A stretch of DNA of 64,000 nt from Verrucomicrobiota bacterium (GTDB taxonomy: Bacteria; Verrucomicrobiota; Verrucomicrobiia; Chthoniobacterales; Terrimicrobiaceae). Position numbers and translations under genes: made by a program. Shown here one piece after another: positions 34,685 through 42,835 of this stretch. The notes below the pieces were generated by a model. That model saw only the letters and a program-made list of their open reading frames with translations, ran no database searches and had not been told where the DNA came from. The stretch covers positions 6,174 to 70,173 of the forward strand of contig JAPLTF010000098.1 in NCBI GenBank assembly GCA_026398275.1, read 5' to 3'. The stretch's first letter is position 1. The number at the start of each line of letters is the position of its first letter.

Positions 34685-37111
34685 GTGCGGAAGATGAAGC
34701 GTTCGACTGATTGCTTTAACAGCGAATGGCGCTTTAGTCCGGCCTCTCTGGTTACTCATGAGATGCTTTGTTTTGGAAATCCCAACTGGATTTCCGGTGA
34801 AGTCGAAGTGTGGTCCAAAGCAGGCAATCACGGGATCTCCAATCCGGCGAACACGTTTGTGGACAAGTGGCGTACGGTCAGCCTGCCGCATGATTTTGTC
34901 CTCGAAGGTGAATTCACCTCCGACCTTCCGACGAAGAACGGAGGGTTGAGGGGGGGGCGCGCCTGGTATGTTAAGAAGTTCGTGCTCCCGGAAAATGACC
35001 GGGGCCACCGTATCTCGATTGAGTTCGACGGGGTCTACCGCGACTGCTCCGTGTTTTTCAATGGCCATTTCGTTGGTCGCCACTTGAGCGGCTATACCTC
35101 GTTTGCTTTTGATATCACGGATGTCTGCACTTTTGGCGGCACCAATGCCATCGCAGTCTATGTGGATGCGACGCTGGACGAACTGTGGAGTTACGAGGGC
35201 GGGGGGATCTATCGCGGGGTCCGCTTGGTGAAGTCGGATCTGGTGCACGTGCCGCAGTGGGGTGTCTGTGTGCGCACCGGCGGCGCGGACGACCCGGGGA
35301 AAGCCGATGCGGAGGTGACCATTCGCAATAGCACCTACGCTGATGTGTTGGCGGAAATCCATTGTCGTATTATTGATCGCGCCGGAGTCGAAGTGGCCCG
35401 GGCCCAAACCCCGGTATCGGTTCCTCTGTTGTGCGATGCCGTCAAACCCGTGGCGCTGTCGGTCAAGAGTCCCCAACTCTGGAATTTGGAGGAGCCAACG
35501 CTTTACACGATGGAGGTTAATGTGTGTGTTGACGGAAAAACCGTCGATACCTATCAGCAGGCGTTTGGCTTCCGCTTCATTCGATTTGATCCCGACACCG
35601 GATTTCATCTCAACGGCAAACCGCTAAAAATCAAGGGAACCGGATGTCATCAGGATAGCGGTTGTGTTGGGGTCGCGGTTCCTCCGGCCCTGCAGGCGTG
35701 GCGCGTTATGAAGCTGAAGAGCTTCGGTTGCAATGCCCTGCGAACAAGCATCGTCCCGGCCGACCCGGCGTTGCTTGATAGCTGCGACCGTTTGGGCATG
35801 CTGGTGATGACTGAAATTCGGTCTCCCGGCATTTCGCGGGAACAACGTGAGGACATGGCCGATCTGGTCCGGCGCGATCGGAATCACCCCTCGGTGATCC
35901 TCTGGAGTCTCGGAAATGAGGAGTTTAAACTTCAGGGCACCGAATGGGGTGTGAACATCTTCCGGCGACTGCAACACATTGCTCATCAGCTGGACCCCAC
36001 CCGTCCGACGACGTATGCCCTCGTCGGAGACTGGTTTGCGATCAGCGAATTTTATGACAGGAAAGGTTTCCGGTTTGATGTGTTTGGCGCGAACTACCGA
36101 TGCGGCGAGGGAAGTCAGTGCTACGATGATTTTCATCAGAAGTATCCAGACACGCCGATTCTTGGATCGGAAACCTGGGGAGGAACCTGCTCCCGTGGTT
36201 TGTACGGGGAGGATAACTGTCCGATAGCAAAGCGTTGGCTGGAGGATAAGTTGTCGAGGTGCTGGGGGGATGATAGACGTTACATTTCGGCCTACGCCAA
36301 CTGGACGACACCTTGGGGCTACTCCATCGAGGAAATGTGGCAGGATTGCGCGGGCCGGCCGTTCATGGCTGGAACCTTTATTTGGACGGGTTTCGATTAT
36401 CGCGGCGAGACGACTCCCTATCTCTGGCCTTCGGTCATCACGCGCTTCGGCGTAATTGATCTTTGTGGATTCTACAAGCCGGTCGCTCATTACCTGCGCT
36501 CCTGGTGGCGACCCAACGACCCGCACATTTTTGTGATGCCGCACTGGAACTGGGAAGGCAACGAAGGGAAATCCATCGACGTGCGCTGTTATGCCAATAC
36601 GGCGGAAGTGGAGCTTTTGTTGAATGGCGAAAGCTTGGGACGAAAGGCCATGCCCGTGAACGGCCGGCTCGACTGGCAGGTATCGTATGCCTCAGGCGAA
36701 TTGACTGCGGTGGGGTTTGATGCAGAAGGAAAGGAAGTCTCCCGGGTGCTCAACCGCACGGCCGGGCCTTCGGCGGCAGTGCGTCTTGAATGCGAGCGGG
36801 TGGACAACATCCTGGTCGTCAACGCTTCGATTGTTGATGCGCACGGAACGGTGTGTCCACTCGCCGACAACGAAGTGACCTTCACGTGCGATGGGGTGGC
36901 TCGATTGCTGGGCGTAGGCAACGGTAATCCCCTCAGCCATGAGCCGGATCAGGGAACCAACCGGCGGAAAGCTTACCACGGGCTCTGTCAGGCGATTTAT
37001 CAAACGGAGGGACCCGGTGACGTATCCATTCTGGGGACATCGCCGCATTTAGATTCAGGAGCAACCAAAATCTCCCTCGCCAAGAACCCCTCTGGCCTCC
37101 CCCAAAATTAA
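34685..37111 (+). CDS. GH2-family glycosidase (beta-galactosidase/beta-glucuronidase-like), no signal peptide
   Basis: GH2 motifs: FGFRFIRFDPDTGFHLNGKPLKIKGTGCHQD, GCNALRTS, acid/base WSLGNEE, nucleophile region ILGSETWGG. The likely true start is the ATG at 34694 (MKRSTD). Confidence 0.9.
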   Translation: MRKMKRSTDCFNSEWRFSPASLVTHEMLCFGNPNWISGEVEVWSKAGNHGISNPANTFVDKWRTVSLPHDFVLEGEFTSDLPTKNGGLRGGRAWYVKKFVLPENDRGHRISIEFDGVYRDCSVFFNGHFVGRHLSGYTSFAFDITDVCTFGGTNAIAVYVDATLDELWSYEGGGIYRGVRLVKSDLVHVPQWGVCVRTGGADDPGKADAEVTIRNSTYADVLAEIHCRIIDRAGVEVARAQTPVSVPLLCDAVKPVALSVKSPQLWNLEEPTLYTMEVNVCVDGKTVDTYQQAFGFRFIRFDPDTGFHLNGKPLKIKGTGCHQDSGCVGVAVPPALQAWRVMKLKSFGCNALRTSIVPADPALLDSCDRLGMLVMTEIRSPGISREQREDMADLVRRDRNHPSVILWSLGNEEFKLQGTEWGVNIFRRLQHIAHQLDPTRPTTYALVGDWFAISEFYDRKGFRFDVFGANYRCGEGSQCYDDFHQKYPDTPILGSETWGGTCSRGLYGEDNCPIAKRWLEDKLSRCWGDDRRYISAYANWTTPWGYSIEEMWQDCAGRPFMAGTFIWTGFDYRGETTPYLWPSVITRFGVIDLCGFYKPVAHYLRSWWRPNDPHIFVMPHWNWEGNEGKSIDVRCYANTAEVELLLNGESLGRKAMPVNGRLDWQVSYASGELTAVGFDAEGKEVSRVLNRTAGPSAAVRLECERVDNILVVNASIVDAHGTVCPLADNEVTFTCDGVARLLGVGNGNPLSHEPDQGTNRRKAYHGLCQAIYQTEGPGDVSILGTSPHLDSGATKISLAKNPSGLPQN

Positions 37112-37239
37112 ATGTCAACTTTTTTGAAAAAAAAGATTGCGCTGCCACCGAAAAAGTGTGATCTAAAGTGAATACTAACTCAAATCATATGCAAAAGTAT
37201 CCCCACCCAGCCGCCAACCTCCCAAAAATAACCAAATCC

Positions 37240-37911
37240 ATGAAAACCAACCTCATCATCGCAACGACATGCTTCGTGCTTGCAGGCGCCGCCATCCCTT
37301 CCCACGCGGCGGTTGTCACTGATATCCAATTCAATGGCGGCAACGTGCTTCCAAGTCCGATCATTGCAATATCGACGGATTTGTTGCAAACGAGCGTTTC
37401 CAGTGCCGATAACGAACTTACAGCTGCGAATCTCCGGAACGGACAAACCGGCCTCCCCTTTAATTTCGCTGAACCAAATCCGGCCATCGTCATGCCCTCT
37501 AGTCCTTTCACCACAACCTATAATCTTGACATCTCGACGAACACTTTGGGTTATGACATTACCGAGTTTCGTTTGTTCAGCGGCTGGATCGACGATCGTG
37601 CCGGCCAAACATACACCATTGAGTATTCTCTCGTCGGCAATGCTACTTTCACTAACCTCGCCTCCGTGAACAGCCTCCAAAATGGTGGTTCGTTACTCAC
37701 TCGGACTTATGACACCACGTCTGTGCCGTTGATTTCGGGAGTGGACGCCGTTCGCTTCACCTTTTCTTTTCCGAGCGGAATATCCTCCCATAGCACTGTG
37801 TATCGGGAGATTGACGTCCTTGGAACAGCAACCATTCCCGAGCCCTCCACAGTGCTGCTCGGCGGTTTGGGCTTGGGACTGCTCACGCTGCTGCGTCGCC
37901 GCCGCGCATGA
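37240..37911 (+). CDS. PEP-CTERM-anchored secreted protein of unknown function
   Basis: Signal peptide MKTNLIIATTCFVLAGAAIPSHA. The C-terminus IPEPSTVLLGGLGLGLLTLLRRRRA is a PEP motif plus TM helix plus Arg cluster. GC content is lower than in the neighbours. Confidence 0.8.
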   Translation: MKTNLIIATTCFVLAGAAIPSHAAVVTDIQFNGGNVLPSPIIAISTDLLQTSVSSADNELTAANLRNGQTGLPFNFAEPNPAIVMPSSPFTTTYNLDISTNTLGYDITEFRLFSGWIDDRAGQTYTIEYSLVGNATFTNLASVNSLQNGGSLLTRTYDTTSVPLISGVDAVRFTFSFPSGISSHSTVYREIDVLGTATIPEPSTVLLGGLGLGLLTLLRRRRA

Positions 37912-38087
37912 TCGTGGACGGGGTTTCAGAGCTTCGCTTCTAAGAGCCAGTCCCGAAACCCTCCACCCGCCGCTTGTCTCTATGGATTTGGTGGAGGCAA
38001 TGTAGTGACACGGAGTTATGCTCGAGTCCGATGATATAAGCCATTAGAAGAATCCTAATTAGCACCCGCCGGGGTGCCGCTCCTGAC

Positions 38088-38234
38088 ACACGCAGCGGCT
38101 GGCTGGAGGTTGACCTCGGCACGGACGAACAGGTCGGGCGGGCCGAGATTCTTGAAGCGAGCTATCCCCGCACCGGGGAGTTCGCCTTCGGGTATAAAGT
38201 TGGCGAAAAATGGAACAAGTCCTCAGCAAAATAG
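38088..38234 (+). pseudogene. isolated fragment of an F5/8-type-C / fucosidase C-terminal domain
   Basis: A frame bounded by stops translates to TRSGWLEVDLGTDEQVGRAEILEASYPRTGEFAFGYKVGEKWNKSSAK. WLEVDLG...F.F.YKVGEKW is the central discoidin pattern. There is no start codon and no upstream catalytic domain. It overlaps the start of the 38210 ORF in another frame. Confidence 0.4.
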
Positions 38235-38701
38235 TCTCTAGTGTCATGCTATTGGCAAGTCTTCCGTCAGCATCTGCCGTCGAGTCTTGGAAGCTTTCCG
38301 ACGAGAAAATCAACACGCTGCGCGCCGGCGACGTTTGCGAAAAGATCGGCCTCAAGGAATGGGCTATTGATAGGAAGCGTCTGAGCGTTCAGAACTGGAC
38401 AAAGCCGGAGCAGGTCTTTAGTTGGCCGGTCAAGGCGATGGATAGTGGTTCCTGCGAGGTGACACTTCTGGTGAAGACGCCACAGGCGGGGACCGTCCTG
38501 ATCCTTTCCAGCAATGGCGACCGGGTAGAGATCAAAAGCCCGGAGGGGGGTTGGCAGCGCATCACGGCGAATCTGAACGTGGCCACGGACGACACCATCA
38601 AACTCCAGCTTCAGAATGAGCTCCCCGGCGGCGAACGGGCGGCAGAGATAATCAGCCTCGAAGTGATCACGCCCAAACACTTTTTCACTTACCACCTATG
38701 A
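38210..38701 (+). CDS. small secreted carbohydrate-binding-module-like protein (163 aa)
   Basis: Signal-like N-terminus ending SASA|VESW. The beta-sandwich-like sequence NWTKPEQVFSWPVKAMDSGSCEVTLLVKTPQAGTVLILSSNGDRVEIKSPEGGWQRITANL resembles CBM-like modules found on glycosidases. An ATGA stop/start overlap with the next gene suggests translational coupling. Confidence 0.6.
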   Translation: MEQVLSKIVSSVMLLASLPSASAVESWKLSDEKINTLRAGDVCEKIGLKEWAIDRKRLSVQNWTKPEQVFSWPVKAMDSGSCEVTLLVKTPQAGTVLILSSNGDRVEIKSPEGGWQRITANLNVATDDTIKLQLQNELPGGERAAEIISLEVITPKHFFTYHL

Positions 38702-41601
38702 ACGACCTATTCCGCAACACCGCCCACATCCTGACCTGCTGCACGCTCACCACTGCCACCTGGGCCGCCGAGCTTTACATCTCGCCCACCGGCCAGGACA
38801 AAAACCCCGGCACGCAGGCAGCACCCTTTCAACACCTCGCCGCCGCCCGTGATGCCGCCCGCCAATTCGCGGGAAAGGAGGCGGTCACCATTCACGTTGC
38901 GGATGGCGTCTACTATCTGCCGGAAACCCTGGTCTTCACCCCGGCCGACTCGGGGTCGGAGAAATTTCCCGTCATCTATCGAGCTGACAACGAAGGCAAA
39001 GCCGTGCTCAGTGGCGGCTTGAAGCTCGACCTGAAATGGGAAGCTCAGGCTGATGGCATCTTCAAAGCCAGCACTCCGCCGGACCTCGTCATCGACCAAC
39101 TCTTCGTCGACGGCAAACGCCAACGCATGGCGCGCTATCCGAACTTCGATCCGACAAAAACCACCGACGCCTATCAGGGATTCTCTGCGGATGCCTTTTC
39201 CAATGAACGCGCCGCGAAGTGGGCTGATCCAGCGGGCGGCTATATCCACGCCGTGCATGCCCAGCGCTGGGGCGGATACCACTACCGCATCACCGGCAAG
39301 AATCCCGATGGCAGCGTCGCCTACGAAGGCGGCTGGCAGAACAACCGCCAGATGGGCATGCACAAGGACTTTCGCATGGTGGAGAACATCTTTGAAGAAC
39401 TCGATGCTCCCGGCGAATGGTTCCATAACGCAAAAACCAACACGTTGTATTTCAAACCCGAGCACGGCACCGATCTGACCAAGGCTCAGGTCGAAATCGT
39501 CCGTCTCCGCCACCTCGTCGAGTTCCAAGGCACGTCCGACCAACCCGTGAAGCACATCACCCTGATGGGCTTCACCTTCCGCCACGCGGCCCGCACGTTC
39601 ATGGACACCAAGGAATCGCTTCTGCGCTCCGACTGGACGATCTATCGCGGCGGGGCGGTGCTACTGACCGGCACGGAAAATATTAGCATCCTCGACAGCG
39701 AGCTCGACCAGCTGGGCGGCAACGCCATCTTCGTCAATAAATACAATCGCCGCACCCTCATCAAGGGTTGCCACATTCACGACGCCGGGGCGAGCGGCGT
39801 CTGCTTTGTCGGCGATCCCAACGCCGTGCGCAACCCGCTTTTTGAATACTCGCAAACCAACGACCTCAGCGCCATTGACCTGACGCCCGGCCCTAAGACC
39901 GATAACTATCCCGCCGATTCAGCAGTCGAAGATTGTCTGATCCACGGCATCGGCCGCGTGGAGCGTCAGCCCGCCGGCGTGGAGATTTCCATGGCCAGCA
40001 ACATCACCGTGAGGGACACGTCCATCTACGACTGTGCCCGCGCCGGCATCAACATCAGCGAAGGCACCTGGGGCGGTCACCTCATCGAGCGCTGCGATGT
40101 TTTCGACACCGTGCTCGAAACCCATGACCACGGCTCCTTCAATTCCTGGGGCCGCGACCGCTACTGGGTTCCCAGCCACAGAGCGGTTTCAGAACCGGCC
40201 GTCAAGGCCAACCCCAAGCTCCCTTTCCTCGACGCGATCAAAACCAATGTGATCCGAGACAGCCGCTGGCGCTGCGACCACGGCTGGGACATTGACCTCG
40301 ACGACGGTTCGTCGAACTACGAAATCTACAATAACCTCATGCTCGCCGGTGGACTGAAGTTTCGCGAAGGCTATAGCCGGAAGGCCTATAACAACATCCT
40401 CATCAACAGCGGCTTCCACCCGCACGTTTGGTTCGACGACAGCGATAGCGCGTTTTATCAAAACATCGTGATGTCCAGCCACGCCGACATCGGCCAACCG
40501 GAAGGCTGGGGCAAGCTGATCGACCGTAACCTTTTCATGACCGAGGCGGACCGCGTGAAAAAAATCGACTCCGGCAGTGATGCCAACTCACTCGCAGGCG
40601 ACCCGCAATTCCTTGACCCGGTGAGCGGCGATTTCCGGGTGGCGGAGGGTTCTCCGGCGCTGAAGATCGGATTTAAGAATTTTCCGATGGACCAGTTCGG
40701 CGTTAAAAAAGCTTCTCTCAAGGCCATCGCCAAGACTCCGGGAATCTCCGCCTTGAGAATGCCCGCTGGCATTACCCAAGCGCAAACAACCCTGCCCTTG
40801 TTCTGGCTGGGGGCACCGCTGCACAATCTGTCCGGCGAGGAGTTTTCTGCCTTCGGAGTCAGCAAAGAGGACGCGGGAGTCCAGCTTGTCAAAGTCCCCC
40901 CCGGCTCGGCGGCCGCGAAGGCAGGTTTGCTCGAGAATGACCTTATCCAAGCCATAGATGATCAAAAGGTGTCCAATACGAGTCAACTCCTCGCCGCACT
41001 CAATACCGTCAGCAGCGAATCTCTGAAGCTTCGCGTGATACGCAATCAAAAACCCCTGAAAATCTCCCTGCTTGGCATTCCCTTCGTCACCGCTGAAACA
41101 TCCAACAGAGAGCAGGCCTCCCCCGGGATGATTCCCACGGTGAACGATGACGCAATCGTCACGTCCAACCCTCCAGTCGACAACGAACCTTTGGAAATCC
41201 TCACCGACGGAGTTCTCACGGCGGGATACGGTCCTGTTTTTGTGAATGGTGTCCAACTTGGAATTTACAAGATGGATCTCCGTAAATCGATTCCTGTCTC
41301 AGCAGTGAATTCCTGCTCGTATAACCAGAACGGCAACCGCGTCAGGCAGTTCGTCACAATTTATGGGAGCAATTCCGAGAACGATCCCGGGTGGAATGTC
41401 TCGGACGCGAAGATGTTCACCCCACTGGGCAGCATCGACACGGCCTCCCTGCCTGCCTCGACATTCGCCGCCGCCTCCTTGCGAGCCGCCGCTGGCCATT
41501 CGCTGGGCACCTTCCGTTGGATCGTTTGGCAAACATTTCCCGTTACCTCCGAGGGTGAAAACACCGCCTGGCAAGAATTCTCTATAGAGTCGACCCGCTG
41601 A
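38698..41601 (+). CDS. secreted right-handed parallel beta-helix protein (GH141-like N-cap) with C-terminal PDZ domain and terminal beta-sandwich
   Basis: Signal peptide, then ELYISPTGQDKNPGTQAAPFQHLAAARDAARQFAGKEAVTIHVADGVYYLPETLVFTPADSGSEKFPVIYRADNEGKAVLSGG. Beta-helix turns are present (IKGCHIHDAGASGV, VEDCLIHGIG, VRDTSIYDCARAGI). The PDZ signature is GVQLVKVPPGSAAAKAGLLENDLIQAIDDQKVSNTSQLLAALNTVSSESLKLRVIRNQKPLKISL (about 40876-41071). Confidence 0.85.
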   Translation: MNDLFRNTAHILTCCTLTTATWAAELYISPTGQDKNPGTQAAPFQHLAAARDAARQFAGKEAVTIHVADGVYYLPETLVFTPADSGSEKFPVIYRADNEGKAVLSGGLKLDLKWEAQADGIFKASTPPDLVIDQLFVDGKRQRMARYPNFDPTKTTDAYQGFSADAFSNERAAKWADPAGGYIHAVHAQRWGGYHYRITGKNPDGSVAYEGGWQNNRQMGMHKDFRMVENIFEELDAPGEWFHNAKTNTLYFKPEHGTDLTKAQVEIVRLRHLVEFQGTSDQPVKHITLMGFTFRHAARTFMDTKESLLRSDWTIYRGGAVLLTGTENISILDSELDQLGGNAIFVNKYNRRTLIKGCHIHDAGASGVCFVGDPNAVRNPLFEYSQTNDLSAIDLTPGPKTDNYPADSAVEDCLIHGIGRVERQPAGVEISMASNITVRDTSIYDCARAGINISEGTWGGHLIERCDVFDTVLETHDHGSFNSWGRDRYWVPSHRAVSEPAVKANPKLPFLDAIKTNVIRDSRWRCDHGWDIDLDDGSSNYEIYNNLMLAGGLKFREGYSRKAYNNILINSGFHPHVWFDDSDSAFYQNIVMSSHADIGQPEGWGKLIDRNLFMTEADRVKKIDSGSDANSLAGDPQFLDPVSGDFRVAEGSPALKIGFKNFPMDQFGVKKASLKAIAKTPGISALRMPAGITQAQTTLPLFWLGAPLHNLSGEEFSAFGVSKEDAGVQLVKVPPGSAAAKAGLLENDLIQAIDDQKVSNTSQLLAALNTVSSESLKLRVIRNQKPLKISLLGIPFVTAETSNREQASPGMIPTVNDDAIVTSNPPVDNEPLEILTDGVLTAGYGPVFVNGVQLGIYKMDLRKSIPVSAVNSCSYNQNGNRVRQFVTIYGSNSENDPGWNVSDAKMFTPLGSIDTASLPASTFAAASLRAAAGHSLGTFRWIVWQTFPVTSEGENTAWQEFSIESTR

Positions 41602-41620
41602 GGGTCTTATGAATAGAACC

Positions 41621-41640
41621 TCCCTCGGCCTCCCTCGGCC
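41621..41640 (+). repeat. tandem 10-mer CTCCCTCGGC x2
   Basis: Read directly, 20 bp after the stop of the 967-aa ORF. Confidence 0.6.
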
Positions 41641-41743
41641 CGGCGCTTTCGCTACAGCACTCGTCTCTCATGTGGACGCAGCGCAGCATTTATTTTTGGC
41701 AACTGTTCAGGTCGTCTGGCCTGATTCTGGAAGGTTCACTCGC

Positions 41744-41763
41744 TTCAGGTCACTGGACCTGAA
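41744..41763. repeat. perfect 8-bp-stem hairpin TTCAGGTC-actg-GACCTGAA
   Basis: Read directly. A third copy of TTCAGGTC occurs at 41706-41713. It lies about 80 bp upstream of the point where fucP homology begins (41846). No T-tail follows. Confidence 0.5.
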
Positions 41764-41845
41764 CCGTTACATGAATTTCGACCTCAGACTTCCCGCCATT
41801 GCTCCCTTGCGGTGCCATTTCCCTAACCCATGAACAATAAATCCA

Positions 41846-42681
41846 TACAAGGGAGGCATCATTGCGGGCCTTCTCATCGTGGCGGTCGGAGGATTCTGGT
41901 TCATCCCGGCGACAAAAATCGCCACCTTCCCGGCCTTCCTGCTCGGCGTCTGCGTGATCGCTTCCGGCCTCACTTTTCTGGAAACCGTCGCCAACCCTTA
42001 CACCACGGTCCTCGGCCCCAAACAATTTGCCGCCACGCGCATCAATCTCGCGCAGTCCTGCAACGGGATCGGATGGATCTTCGGCCCGATCGCAGGAGCC
42101 GCGTTTTTCTACGGCAAAGATACGAGTGGTGCGAACACCGGTTCCGAAACCCTGTGGATTCCGTATGCGGCGATCGGCGGGGTAGTGCTGGTCCTCGCGG
42201 TGATCTTCTTTTTTTCCAACCTCCCCGAGATCAAGACCGAAGATGAATTCCACCTCGACGACTCCGATGCCGCGCCAACCACCGCGCCCGTGGCCAACCG
42301 GGGCGTCGCCCTCCTCCTTCTGTGGCTGAACATCGCCGTGCTCTCGGTCGCCGTCGGGATGATCATCTCGGCGATCGTAGCGATCCCCTCGGTCGGGGCG
42401 AAGCTGGGGATGAGCGAAAGCCAGGCGCTCCTGTATTCCTCAGGAACCCTCTTTGCCATTGGCACCGTGGTCTTCCTGCTGAACCAAAGCCGGATCACCA
42501 ACCACAGCATCTGGAGCCACCCCCACTGCTCATGGGCCACATTGCCGACGTGCATGGGATGTCGGCCGGATTTGCCGTCCCGATGGTCTGCTTCGTCGTC
42601 GTCGCCGGCTACGCCTGCTTCTGGTCGAAGCTGAGCGGAGCATCCGGCGTCGTGGGAATGGCCGCCACCAAAGGCCACTGA
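41846..42681 (+). pseudogene. fucP: L-fucose:H+ symporter (FucP family) fragment B: lacks N-terminal ~75 codons, internal ~150-170-codon deletion with frameshift
   Basis: The frame opens after the TGA at 41831. Homology starts at YKGGIIAGLLIVAVGGFWFIPATK and runs through NLPEIKTEDEFHLDDSD... to ...FLLNQSRITNHSIWSHPH (about 42530). The reading then has to switch frame to LLMGHIADVHGMSAGFAVPMVCFVVVAGYACFWSKLSG...KGH-stop (42681), which is the FucP C-terminus. TM7-TM11 are missing. Confidence 0.8.
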
Positions 42682-42749
42682 GGATATCTGGAGAGCCTGG
42701 CCTTGCCTGCCGGGTTTTTCGGACTCGATTTCGCTCGACACAATTGTTG

Positions 42750-42781
42750 TTGACGTTGTAGGGTAGCGGGTTAATATTAAC
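42750..42781 (+). promoter_or_regulatory. candidate promoter TTGACG-N16-TAATAT overlapping perfect 12-bp palindrome GTTAATATTAAC
   Basis: The -35 is 42750-42755, the -10 is 42772-42777 and the palindrome is 42770-42781. It lies 55 bp upstream of the GH95 TTG start (42836). Confidence 0.4.
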
Positions 42782-42835
42782 AACTAGCCGATATGCCTCC
42801 GAAATGTATGGGGAGGCATCGACATTATCAAACCC

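Noticed and set aside
37121-37140. T6/A8 palindromic stretch (caacttttttgaaaaaaaagattg) after the GH2 gene as a terminator
   Set aside because: The stem would consist solely of A-T pairs with no GC clamp, giving very weak predicted stability. It is more likely just an AT-rich spacer or promoter region for the PEP-CTERM gene.
1868-42244. The fucP fragment pair as the scar of a single simple inversion of one ancestral gene
   Set aside because: Undoing an inversion between the two copies would place the two 399-nt segments in tandem rather than recreate one gene. The 34 differences are mostly synonymous, which indicates long independent evolution under selection. Two decayed paralogs fit better.
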